Counted from the stretch's first letter, positions 1-13,375 are shown. The stretch: 64,000 nt of DNA from Octopus sinensis (GCF_006345805.1 NC_043000.1:77934001-77998000); one strand, 5' to 3'. Notes: a model not told the origin generated them from the sequence alone. Numbers and translations are program-made.

Positions 1-589
1 CTTGTTTTGCATATGATGATACTTTGAAAGGTTGTTTCATCGCATCTTCTCCTCATAAAATCCCCAAAACGAGCAACATTTCCACCATTTGCAATCATAA
101 ATCATATTTATGTTGCAAACAGCAGGTTCATTTCACCGTATATCACATTAATTTATTTTCCTTTTTCTTCGTCTCTCTCTCTCTTTCTCTGTCTGCCCGT
201 CTGTCTCTCTCTCACCCTTTATCTCTCTCACTCTTTATCTCTCTCACTCTTTATCTCTCTCACCCTCTCTCTCTCTTTCTTTCTCCCCCACTTTCTCTCT
301 AATGTCTTTTTCTGTTCTGTGTACGTGTGTGTATGTCTGTATGTCAGTCGTTCCTTCTATTCTTTACCACTTGTGCTGTTTGCCCATGTTTGTCTATGAG
401 AGCTGTTCCACTGTACACTTTCAGCATTAGTTAACAAGGCAATGATATCCATGCATACAAACATACATATACACATACACACTTAGACATACATATGTAT
501 ATGTATATGCATGTACACACACAGATATGTGTGGAATATATATATATATATAATATATATATATATATATAATATATATATATATATAT

Positions 590-760
590 AGTTGAAAAAC
601 AAAAGACGAAGACAGGTGTGTGAACAACAAGCAGGTGTATTAGTTTGTCGCTCGGAAAAGTGAGAAAGTCTTTTACGTTTCGAGCCTACGCTCTTCAACA
701 GAAAAGAATGAGAAAATAAACAGAGAGAGAAAAATAAACTTCTGGATTTAGCGATCAATC
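590..760 (-). mobile_element. Short PLE-pLTR-like element carrying a hammerhead motif and ending in (TA)n
   Basis: Same family as 12510-12665, 19650-19835 and the fragments 17860-17905 and 45195-45315 (shared ...gctcgaaacgt...gagcg...taatac...cctgtcttcgtc body); abuts (TA)n. Confidence 0.65.
670..705 (-). ncRNA. Minimal type I hammerhead-like motif, variant core CUGUUGA
   Basis: Minus strand tttt-CTGTTGA-a-GAGC-gtag-GCTC-GAAAC-GTA-aaag: stem II GAGC/GCTC, palindromic ACGT stem III, short stem I. Confidence 0.55.
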
Positions 761-774
761 ATGGTGAATGGGGG

Positions 775-880
775 CTGGAATGGGGATGGGGGTGTGGAAT
801 GTGGATGGGGTGTGGAATGTGGATGGGAGTGTGGAATGGAGGTATGGAGCAGGGGTGGTGTATGTGGGAGTGGGGTGTAT
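775..880 (+). repeat. G-rich (gtggaatgtggatggg)-like short tandem repeat
   Basis: Several imperfect ~16-18 bp units. Confidence 0.7.
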
Positions 881-1000
881 GGAGAGGGTATCAATGAACT
901 TATATGCATATATACGTACATACAAATCTAGTACACTATTTAAGTTAAATTATATTTATTTGGAATATTTACTGGAAGCTAAGAGCTTCGTAGATCATTA

Positions 1001-1070
1001 CTGCATGATTCTCGAGTCGATTGTCTGCATGATTCTCGAGTCGATTGTCTGCATGATTCTCGAGTCGATT
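1001..1070 (+). repeat. 24-bp tandem repeat x3 (ctgcatgattctcgagtcgattgt)
   Basis: Read directly; gives (CMILESIV)n in the ORF track. Confidence 0.9.
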
Positions 1071-1203
1071 CTGTTGAGACGATTGTCTGAAGATGATCAT
1101 TAGCTGAGAGTGATGATTTGTAACTCTCAGTTTTTAATGCTTATGTTCATTTATATATAATGTATGCACACACACTCATGCAAACTCCCACGTGGATGCA
1201 TGT

Positions 1204-1263
<60 letters not shown>

Positions 1264-1269
1264 ATATAT

Positions 1270-1750
1270 TTAAAATTTAAAGAGAACAAAAGATGGAGAA
1301 ATATTGATGAACAACAATTGACTTACATCAATTATTATTTATTAACTCAATACAAATAGGCTGCGTCCCATCTAACAGTTGTTTCTGCTTCCAATGTTGT
1401 ATAGTATTTCCGTTGATATGCTAAAAATATTTTGGTAATAAAACCGATATGAAACTTGTGAATCTCTTTGGGACGTTAAGTAAATGACTGAGCTTAAAAT
1501 ATTATTTGGCTGATTGATCTATAGATTGTTAAGCCAATTAGCTGTTTAATTGACTAGTCAACTCACTGATTAGGTGCACTAATCAGAGCAGCAGTCTGAT
1601 TTGTGACTTTATAATCTTCCAATTTTGGCCACTTACCCTAGTTATTACCTCCTCTTAACCATGAATATTTTCTTACGGAATAAATTCTTTTCATTGTTTT
1701 TACTAATTTCACATTCCTATTTAATTTTGATTCCTGATAATCTCATGCTT
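1270..1750 (-). mobile_element. Highly decayed PLE 3' end (GIY-YIG C-terminus-like plus remnant HHR 3' half)
   Basis: Minus strand 'tggaagattata' (WKII-like) and GAAAC-aact-GTT near 1375-1387. Confidence 0.3.
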
Positions 1751-1827
1751 GTCATTGTCTTTACCAATAATTTATGAATATAATATGTTTGCATATGCAT
1801 GCCCAACTCAGCTAACCTATATATATA

Positions 1828-1858
<31 letters not shown>

Positions 1859-2041
1859 ATATGTATGCATATATATGTATGTATATATATGTATATATAT
1901 ATATATGTATATATATACATATATATATATATGTATATATATATATGTATATATATACATATATATATGCATACATGCATAAATATATATTTATATAAAC
2001 ACATCCTTTCGTTTAGTGTGTGTGTGTATATATATTTACAT

Positions 2042-2075
<34 letters not shown>

Positions 2076-2130
2076 TATGTGAAATAGAAAGATGAATAAT
2101 CTTGTAGTTCAGCTCCATTTCTTCAATTCA

Positions 2131-2165
<35 letters not shown>

Positions 2166-2169
<4 letters not shown>

Positions 2170-2846
2170 CAACAATTGAGGGCAAAATTAATTAATTATT
2201 AATCAATTTCACCAAGTGTTCAGTATGCAAAGGGACCATTCAAGCTGCTATTTCTAATGAGTTCAGTATGCGGCAAAGTAATTTATTTTACTAAGCCCTT
2301 TTATATAATGTAATAATTTGAATTCGCCTTGAATGGTCCCTTTGCATACTGAACACTTGGTGAAATTGATTAATAATTAATTAATTTTGCCCTCAATTGT
2401 TGAAATTATAATTAATCTCCCTCTGATTAATGCTTCGGACTTTACCGAAATAAGCATAGAGTTTGATGATTTTAACCCACGCTGGTGGAAAGGGGAGAAC
2501 AGAGATTCTTCGCTTGCTTATTTTGAATTTGTTGACACTGTTAGTTGGGAGCAGATCTTCGAGAGGGTATGTTCTTATTTTCAGTGTTTCCAAATCCAAA
2601 CCAAGGAATTTCCGAGCCGATGATAGAAATGTTGTTTTGACTAATCTTGAAACGTACGTTCTCGAATAACCTTAGCATTTGATTTTTCGATGTCATTACC
2701 CCCAAACTTTTGTGAGTTAAATTATGCAAACACTATATATGAGAGAGATTTTCTTTAAGTATTAGAAATAGCCTTAAAAAAGTTTTTAGCTGCTATTTCT
2801 AATGAGTTCAGTATGCGGCAAAGTAATTTATTTTACTAAGCCCTTT

Positions 2847-2855
<9 letters not shown>
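2166..2855 (+). mobile_element. Non-autonomous PLE/retrozyme-like unit (545-bp period) with direct tail repeat and 5' inverted segment
   Basis: 2243-2309 repeated at 2788-2854; 2166-2245 is the reverse complement of ~2328-2405; internal HHR; flanked by (TA)n on both sides. Confidence 0.7.
2613..2664 (+). ncRNA. Type I hammerhead ribozyme motif (U4C core variant CCGAUGA, GUU site)
   Basis: cgag-CCGATGA-t-aga...tct-t-GAAAC-gtac-GTT-ctcg: stem I cgag/ctcg, palindromic ACGTACGT stem III. Confidence 0.7.
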
Positions 2856-2910
<55 letters not shown>

Positions 2911-3937
2911 CTGTTGACGTCACTCACTCTTATACTCAGAGGCCATATTGAAAATTTATCATCACTGACATTTGTTTGAATATATATATATAGATCTAAC
3001 CAGATACTGACTCACATCAAATCAATCATGTTTTCATAAGAACAATAAACTCTCTGTATTTGTTTTTATTCTTTGTACTTTTCTAATAAAGATGATGCTT
3101 GTCTGAAAGCTGTGATCGAGCAACGCGCCTTGGCAGGAATTTACGAATGATAACTATTTGGAATAATTACACACGAACTTTATCAAAGATGCACATAATT
3201 TTATTTTGTGACTAACTGAATGACTTTGCAAAAGCCATATGTGCATTACAGTTACAACTTTTTCGAGTACGCAGCAGAATATAACTGCTTAAATAGAAGT
3301 AAATGTGGTATTCAAAATACATCAATACATCAATTATTTAAGCTTTATCATATATAACTTGATACACCAACCAAAACTGAATTCTCTGTGGGTTCGCTCG
3401 ATCAGAAAAAAGTAACAGCCTAAACATTCTCAGATCACACACCTTTCTGTCTAAAATAATGCAGTCCCAGATATTGCTAGAATGGTTCGATCGTCAAGAC
3501 GAGGACGGTTTTGGTCATGTCACTGCTCAATCAAGGCTAACCTGTGGTTAAATTTCATCACATCTGTTTGTGCACACAAGCTCATGTTATCAGTAAATAG
3601 ATTTTGGTCTTTCTATTTAGAATTGTTTTTACGTATATCATACATCCACCCGCACACACGCACACACAACTACACATACGCACTTAAAACGAACACCCAC
3701 ATACAGGAACAAACACACGCACACACCGCACACACAAACACATATACATATAGGCAATGCGTCTTCCCAATTATACTTATTTTTCTTTCGTTCAATTGGA
3801 GGAGCATGCTGCATGCGAAAAAAAAAGAAGAAAAGCTGTTGACTACCCAAAAAAGTATATTTTTAATGCCGATCATTATTTTCCCCATAACCACCCTGCA
3901 TTGAAATTTGAAAACTTTGCAGGTTTTTATTGTTGTA

Positions 3938-3985
3938 GAACACAATATGTCTGAACACAATGTGTCTGAACACAATGTGTCTGTG
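3938..3985 (+). repeat. 15-bp tandem repeat x3 (gaacacaatgtgtct)
   Basis: Read directly. Confidence 0.85.
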
Positions 3986-4601
3986 GACACTTATGGCACT
4001 GTGTTTACTCTCCAAGAATTTAAGGTCAACCACGTTTCATTCCAGCTGAAAATTTATCCAAGGCCACGTTCTGCAGAGATAACATGTAGTTAAGTACAGG
4101 CTGATGCACGTGATGTAGTGAACCAAAAATAATCTTTAAACAATTGTAATTGTACCGGCAATGGAAAGAGAACTCATTAGCACTGATGACAATCCTCATC
4201 AAAGGGGGCATAGGAAAGTAGTTCAAAAATTAAATTCATTAAAACATAAACGGAGATATTATGGAATAGGTGTCTATCTGATCTCTAGCATGTATGGTAA
4301 CAACTCAGTACGTTTCATATGTGAGTTCGACATTGTATGGTCTCGTATGTTTTAGATACATACCAGATCATAGAATAGTTATAATTGAATATACTTTGGG
4401 TGTGATAATAGTTCACTGCCAAGACAATTTAAAATAATAACATTGGGAAAAATATTCTTCATTTGCCTTCTGTACGAAGAACATGCAGTTAAGTACAATC
4501 TACCATACACAAGGTAGAGAACCATTGTTTCTTCTCATGGCAGGATTAATTTCAATTGATTAATAACTTATTTTTGGTTCTATACATTAATTAGCTGATT
4601 G

Positions 4602-4928
4602 TGAAGGCGCATGGCTCAATGGTTAGAGCGTCGGGATTACGATCATGAGGTTATGAGTTCGAATCTCGAACCGGGCTGCGTTTTGTGTTCTTGAGCAAGA
4701 CACTTAATTTCACGTTGCTCCAGTTCACTCAGCTATAGAAATGAGTTGCGACGTCACAGGTGCCAAACTGTATCGGCTTTGGATAACACTGGTGGCGTGG
4801 AGAGGGCAGGCCGGTATGCATGGACGACTGCAGGTCTTCATATAAAAAACGACCTTGCCCGGACTTGTGCCTGGGAGGGTTACTTTCTAAGTGCAATCCC
4901 ATGGTCAGTCGTGACCGAAGGGGGTCTC
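4602..4928 (+). mobile_element. tRNA-derived SINE (family A)
   Basis: A box TGGCTCAATGG, B box GTTCGAATCT, core 'ttcttgagcaagacactt'; second copy at 43650-43945. Confidence 0.85.
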
Positions 4929-5009
4929 AAAATTAGCTGGCACTTAACTAACTCCAGATGTGTTTACACATAGTATATTGTTTTGAAGTGAAATACAGTA
5001 TGCTGTTGT

Positions 5010-5215
5010 AATTGTTGTTTAACTCCAAGTCGATACTGATCGAGCTGACCTAATTAAAGACATCTTCACTGTGACCATCTCATTTTTGTATAATTTGGTT
5101 TACATTATAATGTTTTGTTTGGTTTTTTCAAGAGAACGGGATGTCATTTGAAAGAATTTGACTCATGTTTCTGACAGATCGAAGGACCACAACATATACG
5201 ATCCCTACTTGGCTC
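5010..5215 (+). repeat. Unclassified short interspersed repeat (ctgatcgagc...gtgaccatc...atttga family), decayed
   Basis: Related decayed copies near 3390-3545 (-), 9950-10060 (-), 11030-11200 (-) and 43290-43450 (+). Confidence 0.45.
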
Positions 5216-5879
5216 TTAAATAATTGCATGTAGTGCCGTTTATATACTGTATTATGTATATACAGTGCATGTACAGGATATTATGTATATACGGTACACA
5301 TACGGTATTATGCATATACGTATTGTGTATATTCAAGTTATTATATATATACGGTTTGTTTATCTAGTATTACGTATATGCAGTGTATATACGGGGTATT
5401 ATGTATATACTCGATATGATGCATATATGGTCAATATATCGGATATTATGTAAGGTATATTTATCGAGTAATATGTATGAATTGTGTATAGACTGGCTGC
5501 CCATTTCCAGTGAATTATTAATCATTTCTATATCGTTAAGTATTCTTTCCACAGACAATAATGTGCCAATCAAGTTCCATAGTCAAAATAATCATCGCTA
5601 CAAATACCTGGCCTTGTGCTTCACTTAGACATTAGTATTAGGAAATACACTGCAGGTTTGGGTAAAATGGTCGCTTCACAAATATATAGTCTCAGTTTCA
5701 ACTCTACTGCCTTGTGCAATTGTCTTCTACACAGATTCGAGTTGACAACTAATTTGTGCGTGGAAATCTGTCGCTTGTATACGTATATGTATGTGTGAAT
5801 GTATGCGTTTATGTGTGCATGCGTGTGTGTGTGTATAAACGCACGCACAAGTACACACGCATATTTGTATTAATCTCCA

Positions 5880-6075
5880 TCCTTAGAAATTTTGTGAAAG
5901 CAAGAGTTTTCAAGTTGTATGGAATATGATGAGGTTTATTCTTATCAGTGGTGCCGCTTCCTTAATGAGAACATTTACTGTTTAACATGCAAGACATTTT
6001 ACATTATTCTTATTCAAAGCACGAACATAAGACTAAACTCTCTGACGACCGCAATATATCAATAAATATCTGCGT
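5880..6075 (+). mobile_element. Decayed PLE 3' end with truncated HHR 5' half
   Basis: CTGACGA (6042-6048) followed by a CGCA/TGCG stem, GAAAC absent; upstream sequence weakly resembles a GIY-YIG C-terminus. Confidence 0.3.
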
Positions 6076-6393
6076 ACTTTATTTTTCTTTCTTTGATTTC
6101 ACATCATTATATACGTACATATAGACACTGCTACATATATACGTAGATACATACATACATACATGCATACATACACACATACATACATACATACATTCAT
6201 ACATACATACATACACACACACATACATACATACATCCATACATACATACATACATATATGCAAAAAAATTCTTACACATACATATACATACACATTTTA
6301 TCTATGTAACTATATACATACATATTGCGCATACATACGCATATATAATTATATAAATGTTAGTGTGATTACGTGTGAGTATGTATATATATA

Positions 6394-6447
<54 letters not shown>

Positions 6448-6510
6448 CGCATACATGCATATATATAAATAATACATATGCGTATGTATATGTTTATATA
6501 TGTATGTATG

Positions 6511-6544
<34 letters not shown>

Positions 6545-7003
6545 TTTACGTATGTGCTGTATATACATACATGTGTATGTATGTGTCTGTATTAACATAA
6601 AATACTTTCTATATGGATATTTACACACAGAAAGGAGTATTTCTTTTGACGTTTATTCTAATGTAATGAAGAACAGTAAGGGAGATAAACATTTCTTTCT
6701 TATTGACGATCACAAACATATTAGGTTATTACCGTAATAGATATTGTTAAGTTACACATCGCCAGACCAATCCGCGCACGTATCCATAATCCTAAAATTA
6801 TTAAATGTTATGTGCTTATGTACGTGTGTATGTGTGTGCGTATGTGTGTGTATCTATGTGTTTGTGTATGCGTGCGTGCGTTTATGTATGTACGTGTCTG
6901 TGTGCGAGCGTATGTGTGATATGTCTAAACATTAATTTTCATTCGACTCCATCTTTTTCACGTTTACGTTTGTAATGTCTGTCTGTCTGTCTATCTCTTT
7001 CTT

Positions 7004-7039
<36 letters not shown>

Positions 7040-7067
7040 AATCTCTCTCTCTCTACACACACAAACA

Positions 7068-7230
7068 CTAGCAATGCATCACGGGGTTGCCCGGCTGTTA
7101 TGACCTACAGCCACATTGTATTGTTTGTTCCTTTCTTATAGGAGAATCGGCACAGCTGATATATAGTGAACTGGATAACTGCGTAATGGAAGTTATTGAG
7201 TGTTTAAAAGTGAAGTGAGGGGAGTACAAT
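7068..7230 (-). mobile_element. Probable Helitron 3' end
   Basis: Minus strand hairpin ccgggcaaccccg followed ~8 nt later by CTAG|T. Confidence 0.4.
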
Positions 7231-7234
7231 CTGC

Positions 7235-7765
7235 AAGCGTTAGCACAACAGACCTGATATAATGATTTGGGATTAAGAAGAGAAACTGTTTACAGTTGTG
7301 GAAATTAGCTACCCAGCGGATGTTAACAACGCTGAAGACCAGCGAAAAAGAGAATAACCTACGCTGAACTATTGAGAAATCTGCAGTTACTCTATCCAGA
7401 TTACAAGTTCAGATTTATGCCTGTAACTATTGGGGCACTGGGATATGTAGCACACTGCCTAAATACCAATCATGAGAAATTAGACTTCTCAAAACCAGAA
7501 AGGAGAAAGTTAATTCGAAGACTACAGATCCAATCCATCACTAGAACTGTAAAATTCTGTAAAACTTTCCAGAAGTTTATCATTTAAGTATATATGGGTA
7601 TGTCTAGATATTTAATTATATGCACGAGAATATAAAGCAAAACTTACAAATCTGCACATATACATATATACATGCAAACAAAAATACCCTGTTGGTGATA
7701 TTGAGATTCCAATGAAGGAGTCTTGGATCTATTGGCAAGAAATCTTGAAATAAAACTGAAGTCAT
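7235..7765 (+). mobile_element. R4/Dong-type non-LTR retrotransposon 3' fragment (restriction-like endonuclease plus 3' UTR)
   Basis: HNRPDIMIWD*EEKLFTVVEISYP = PD..D..E RLE motif; LYPDYKFRFMPVTIGALG C-terminus; disrupted. Confidence 0.75.
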
Positions 7766-7899
7766 ACATACATACGTGTGTGAGAGGTATTTGTATGTTT
7801 GTATGTATGTATGTACGTGCGTATATATGTATGTATTACAGACGAATGAATTATGGTATTGCTACATTTGTTTCATTAGAAGTCTATTGGAGAATATGC

Positions 7900-8200
7900 A
7901 TAATACAATTGGTTAGAAAGAGGAACATGTCACACTATTTACCAAGTCATGAAGCTGAATAAGCGATCAATGATTTGTTGATCAATCAGCAGATCAACAA
8001 GTTTTGATTAATCAACAAGTGAATTCTCACTTGTTTATTTGGAAGCCTGATGAGTTGGGAGTTATGTAACATATTACACAATCTGTTATGTTTATATCAC
8101 AATAAAGACGCCTAATAAGACAATTGTAGTAAGACTAGATAACCCATTCGTCTGTTTTTATTATGTTTTATCACCACCCACAAGTTTCCATTCATTTTGG
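7900..8200 (+). mobile_element. Decayed PLE 3' end with degenerate HHR (8045-8130)
   Basis: CTGATGA-gttggg...cctaat-aagac-aatt-GTA; same ACAATTGT stem III as the 19370 motif. Confidence 0.4.
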
Positions 8201-8384
8201 ATAATTATAGATACTATTGGATTCGTGGATTACTTAACAAAAGTAAAATTCCCTCATCGATGCATTCTGTGCTAAGATAATGGATAATTGACTGCATGCT
8301 TTGCATTACGCTATCTAGCCGACTTATGGCGTTCTTCATTTTGATTTGGCTTGATCCTTTATGGATACCCTGTAATCAAAACTC

Positions 8385-8830
8385 CGAGGTGGTATCATAA
8401 AGTTCTGGACTAGTTCTGTAGCGCACCAACAGATGGCAGCACACGGTTGCGTGGGCAATGAGAGCTATCAGTGACCTTCATGAGGCAGTGTGCCAAGTGA
8501 CATTGCTGTATTTACTTCACAAATAATAAAATTTGTGTCTTCGTGATCACGTGTATGCTGTAGTCTGCGATTTTTGTCATGCACAAGAACAAAGAATCAA
8601 CGTCAAATTTTCTGTTAAACTTGGGAAGTCTGCTACAGAGGCATTAAGCATGCTTCGGCAAGCTTACGGCGACGAGGCAATGGGTCGTACGCAATGTCTG
8701 GAGAGGCACGGCGCTTCAAAAACGGAAGAACGGCCCTAGAAGACAATGAGCGATCTGAAAGAACTTCTACGAGCGTCACCTACTGAAATGGAGAGAAAAT
8801 TCATCAGCTTATGCATGAGGATCGTCGGGG
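8385..8830 (+). mobile_element. Mariner transposon 5' fragment (TIR region plus N-terminal HTH pseudogene)
   Basis: EQRINVKFSVKLGKSATEALSMLRQAYGDEAMGRTQC is a typical mariner N-terminus; frameshifted. Confidence 0.85.
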
Positions 8831-8899
8831 GAGATGATGTTAAAACTTAGATAAATGAGTTATTTTTTATTAAACATAACTAGTCCGGGAACGTTTTGA

Positions 8900-9850
8900 T
8901 ACATACATACACGTATTTTATATATATAAGTGTCATAGCCAGCCACATCCTTGCTGTATTCTTGGGATATTCTTCTGTTTGGATTTCAGATAGTGACATT
9001 AGAGGGTCGAGGGTGGGTGGTATAATGGAAAGATTTCCAGCATAGGTGTTAGAATTCTGTGCGTTTAGCATATCGACAGCATGAATGGAAGTAGGTGGGC
9101 TGTGATTACGGCTAGTGAAGAGAGCGTTAATGTTGTAGGGAGCGGTATGGTGCGAGTTTAAGCTAGTGGAATCATTACCGCTGCGACTATTTGTAGTTGT
9201 GACAGAGTTGCTACAGATGCTATCCCTATAAGTGGTAAGCTGACTGAAGTCAGTATTATAACATCTATTAACTGACATGACTTACACTCTGTTGGTATTG
9301 TTGTGTCGGTTGAGATAGTAATGATAGGAGGAATCTTAATGCTATAATTATTATTGTTGTTTTTCCTACTGCGATTTTTATTGGGAGCGGTGCTGCTATG
9401 GGTATTATTACTATTCCGAGACATGGAAATCTGTGTCTTATTCAGGCTAGCTATAATTGTATCTAGATTGGGGAGTGTTGAGTAGGAAACCCTAACGTTT
9501 CTACGGGAGAATAAACGATAATGTGTGAGGGGAGAGTTGCGCTTTAGTATACTAAATCATTTTCTACTTGCATTAGTATCTATTATGAAATTGAAGGGAG
9601 GTTATACCATATTACGCCATGTTTCTTCCTGTTTTTATCTTGGTGTACGCTATGCTTCCTATCCCCATATTTAGATTGGGGCTTGAGTGAAGAAGTTTTG
9701 TTTTTATTTTTATCTACATTTTTATCTGCGTTGTTGCCGATATGGTCGCTGTCCGTATTGGCAGCATAGTTATTAATTGCCCTGTTATCCTTACTCGTAG
9801 TGTATATTCTCCAGACGGTATTGAAAACCCGGTCAAGTTTATTATAATTA
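8900..9850 (-). mobile_element. Penelope-like element fragment (post-RT linker), decayed
   Basis: Minus strand VIWYNLPF and LFSRRNVRVSYSTLPNLDTIIASLNK motifs, followed by N/S/T-rich low-complexity sequence. Confidence 0.6.
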
Positions 9851-9859
9851 CTAACAGAA

Positions 9860-9945
9860 AACAGCTGCCCATGGTGCCACGCAGTAGGACTAAACCCAGA
9901 ACCATGTGGTTAGAACGCAAGCTTCTTATCACATAGCCACGCCTG
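9860..9945 (-). mobile_element. SINE family B head fragment
   Basis: Matches ggcgtggctgtgtggtaagaagcttgc...ccactgcgtggcacc. Confidence 0.7.
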
Positions 9946-10552
9946 GTTATATCTATGGTTATATGATCTTCATTATGAGGTTCTCTGGAGAAAGATGGTC
10001 ACGGTTGGAACGTCTTTACTTGTAAGTTTTCTCAAAGAGCGTTGAACTGATGCTAAGCAACAACAATAATCAGACGTAATATTTTAAAGCTATACTTCAA
10101 CATTACGTACTAAGTCACATGGTTACTTGCTCGCCTTCTCCTCCATGTTGACATGGTGTAAACAACCGACAAACTGACAAGGTCAGCTTCTTCGCCTTTC
10201 ACTTGATTAATTGCTTCAGCAATCGAACAGAAGGAAGTTTTCACTGAAACATCCCAAGAAATCGATATTTATTTATGTATAAGAGATCAATAATATCGCC
10301 AAGCAATCAATACACTCCATTGGTGCATTTGTATGTGTAGAACACGGATACACACATATATATGCATATATTTATATACACACATGTATACGCATATATG
10401 TGTGTATATGTTTATATACGTGTATATATTTATATATACAGAGATATGTATATATGTATATGTATGTAGATAAATATGCACATGTATGTGTATGCGTGTA
10501 TACACACACACATATATATATATATACACACACACATATATATGTGTGTGTA

Positions 10553-10586
<34 letters not shown>

Positions 10587-10736
10587 TAGATAGATAGATA
10601 TAGATACATACGTGCATGCATACACACATACGTGCACAGATACATACATACAGACAGATAGGCATGCATGCATACATACATGCATGCATACATACATACA
10701 TACATACATACATACATACATACATACATACATACA

Positions 10737-10772
<36 letters not shown>

Positions 10773-11899
10773 CACCCACAGTGAGATCAAAATTTGCGAA
10801 AGTTTAGTCTAGGAAATGAAAATCAATTGAGACGAAAGCTTTGGTTATTTCATTTATAAATAATTTTATTGATTTCTGATTTAAGCAGACAGATACAGCT
10901 GGTCGTGCCTATAGGTGGATTACAAACGGTTAGGGTGATGCATCCTATTCTATCACTGACTACTGGGCTGCGTAAAATTACCCATTTCCTTTGGACAGGC
11001 AAACAATCACGAGTTCACAAAGACCCAGCTAGGTGATCCTTGAAGCATATTAGAAACAGCAACCAAATTTCTCTCAAATCACAAACCACTTAAAAAGTGT
11101 CAAGGGTATATATCATTCGACATATACCAAGATAGTTCAGATAATTATGGGTAGAATATCTTTGATAAAAGTTCTCTAATTCAGGATTGACCTGGAGCTT
11201 AGCAGTCTCATTCACGCTGGTTTCGCGGATTCCCATAACTCTCTGTAACCACCCAATTCCATTAATATAAATTCGAATTGGGAGCTTGAGTCATAGTGTA
11301 TTTTCTTTTCGCTAATTACACAACTATGGATGCCACCCATATGGTTACAGTTACTCTCCTGATATGATTCCCTTTGCTCAGCATCACTGTAAGAAGCATC
11401 ATTGGCTCAGTTGAGCTCTTCTGCTACATCTTCACAATCCGCCATGCTGCAGTCCCATGACTTTGCTGTGTCCCTGGCAGGGTGGCTGAACTGGTGCTAT
11501 GCCTTGCCAAAGGGAAGGCCGTAATGATGCAGGGCACGCCGTGAGGTATTTTCAAAATACTCGCATATCCTGCAAAGCAATAACACATGGACAAATCCAG
11601 CTAACATTTAATCAGAGAAAACCCAAGAGGAGAAATTGTATCATATCGACGGAAGAATGGAAATCCAATGCGAGAACAGATGTTGTTGTTATTGTTGCTG
11701 CTACTGCTACTGTTGTGTTGTTGATGTTACTATTACTGCCGCTGTCTTTGTTATTTAATCTCAGGTATAGAATTTCCAAACATTTATTTAATGCAGGTAT
11801 TCGACCCAACAGTGACATTTAACCTTTATTTAGACATTAATCATGCAGACTTACTATTCTAATATGTTTAATTTTATTTTCTAAAGACAGTATGATGTG

Positions 11900-12495
11900 A
11901 TATGTTAAGTTTGGCAGGTCACTCGGTGATGTAATGGGTGACGGCATTGGTTCGTTAAGGAAACTGAGGTAAACATGTGTAGATTAATACCTACGCAGAG
12001 GGGGATTTTAACATTCAGATCTTTTCTGTGGGCGGTAGGGTTGAATGAAGTACTTTGGGTGTGAGAAACTATATATATATAGAAGTTACAGCCCGATATG
12101 TTATCTATAATCGTAAAACTTAAGAGTAATTCAAATTCAATATTTTCTTGAAACAATAAATTTCTATAGAGATTTAAATTCCAATCGATGAAAAGTTTTT
12201 GTTGTGCACTCCACTATCGTTATTTGATTGCTGTTATTCTGTGCGTCTGTGTGTAAAGATTAGTTGTGTTTTTGGAAGGTTGCTTTATTTTTACCCTTAA
12301 CTTAGAAATGGAGAAAGACAGAGTGCTAGATATAAAAAAAATAAGTCATTTGGATCGAGAAATATTGCAGAAAAACGTGAATTTCTTTGAGCAGGAATGT
12401 GTCTTATGCGGATTGTGATGAGCCCGAGTGACGAAATCTGTGATGAGCCCGAGTGATGCTGATGATCTAGAGTCGGGTCTGATACATGTTCGACC
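11900..12495 (+). mobile_element. Decayed PLE-like 3' end with degenerate HHR (12440-12490)
   Basis: gTGATGA-GCCCGA...TCGGGT-ct-GAtAC-at-GTT; stem II 6 bp, palindromic ACATGT. Confidence 0.35.
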
Positions 12496-12509
12496 TCTGA
12501 AATCTACAA

Positions 12510-12663
12510 GTTTTTTTTCATTCTCTCTCTATTTTCTCTTATTCCTTTCTGTTCAAAAGCGTAGGCTCGAAACGTAAAAGACTTTTTCCCGAGCCTCCAA
12601 AATAATACACTTGTTTCTTGTTCATAAACCTGTCTTCATATCTGTTTTTCTATACATTTTAAG

Positions 12664-12665
<2 letters not shown>
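12510..12665 (+). mobile_element. Short HHR-bearing element, same family as 590-760 (core decayed)
   Basis: ctttctgttcaaaagcgtaggctcgaaacgtaaaagac at 12545-12582; ends near (TA)n. Confidence 0.65.
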
Positions 12666-12717
<52 letters not shown>

Positions 12718-12856
12718 TATAAATGCACACACACATATTTATATACATACACACACACATATATATATATATATATAATATATATTCATATAAATGCACA
12801 CACATATTTATATACATACACACACACACACACACACACAACACACACACACACAT

Positions 12857-12896
<40 letters not shown>

Positions 12897-13031
12897 CTAC
12901 AAAATTAGAGAATGGAGAAATATACTTAAATCAGTAAAACATCAACTATCCGATGATACTCAATCCATACTTTAATACACCATTACATATGAGTAAATCC
13001 CATGGTGGGTTGAATTTTCAACCCCTATCTC

Positions 13032-13064
<33 letters not shown>

Positions 13065-13070
<6 letters not shown>

Positions 13071-13336
13071 ATCGACCAGATCGCTGGTCACAATGCGTTC
13101 GCATTGTTTTAGCCTTCGAACGACGCCACCCCGCTGGCTAAGCGAGCAGGCCAACAGAAGAAAGTGGGAGAAAGAGGGGTGAAAGAGTACAGCAGGGATC
13201 ACCACCCCCTGCCGGAGCCTCGTGGAGCTTTCAGGTGTTTTCGCTCAATAAACACACACAACGCCCGGTCTGGGAATCGAAACCGCGATCCTCCGACTGC
13301 GAGTACGCTGCCCTAACCACTGGGCCATTGCGCCTC

Positions 13337-13338
<2 letters not shown>
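13065..13338 (-). mobile_element. tRNA-derived SINE
   Basis: Minus strand ggaggcgcaatggcccagtggttagggcagcg...ggtttcgattccc (A and B boxes). Confidence 0.85.

Positions 13339-13375
<37 letters not shown>

Noticed and set aside
1001-1070. Short direct repeats (also 3938-3985) as a CRISPR-like array
   Set aside because: Head-to-tail minisatellites without spacers, in eukaryotic DNA with no cas genes
1082-1135. CTGAAGA-gatcatta/tgatgatt-gtaac possible HHR
   Set aside because: GAAAC is mutated and stem I is absent; at most a decayed relic
4183-4225. CTGATGA...GAAA as a hammerhead
   Set aside because: No stem III with an NUH site and no stem I
4602-4680. SINE heads (also 13265-13338, 35898-35971, 43650-43725) as true tRNA genes
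   Set aside because: Broken acceptor/anticodon stems, and they continue into repeat bodies
11382-11545. GC-elevated block with AG/GT-like borders as a host exon
   Set aside because: Stops in all three forward frames and no recognisable protein
12948-13005. CCGATGA-tactca...tgagta possible HHR
   Set aside because: Stem II is present but GAAA, stem III and stem I are not recoverable
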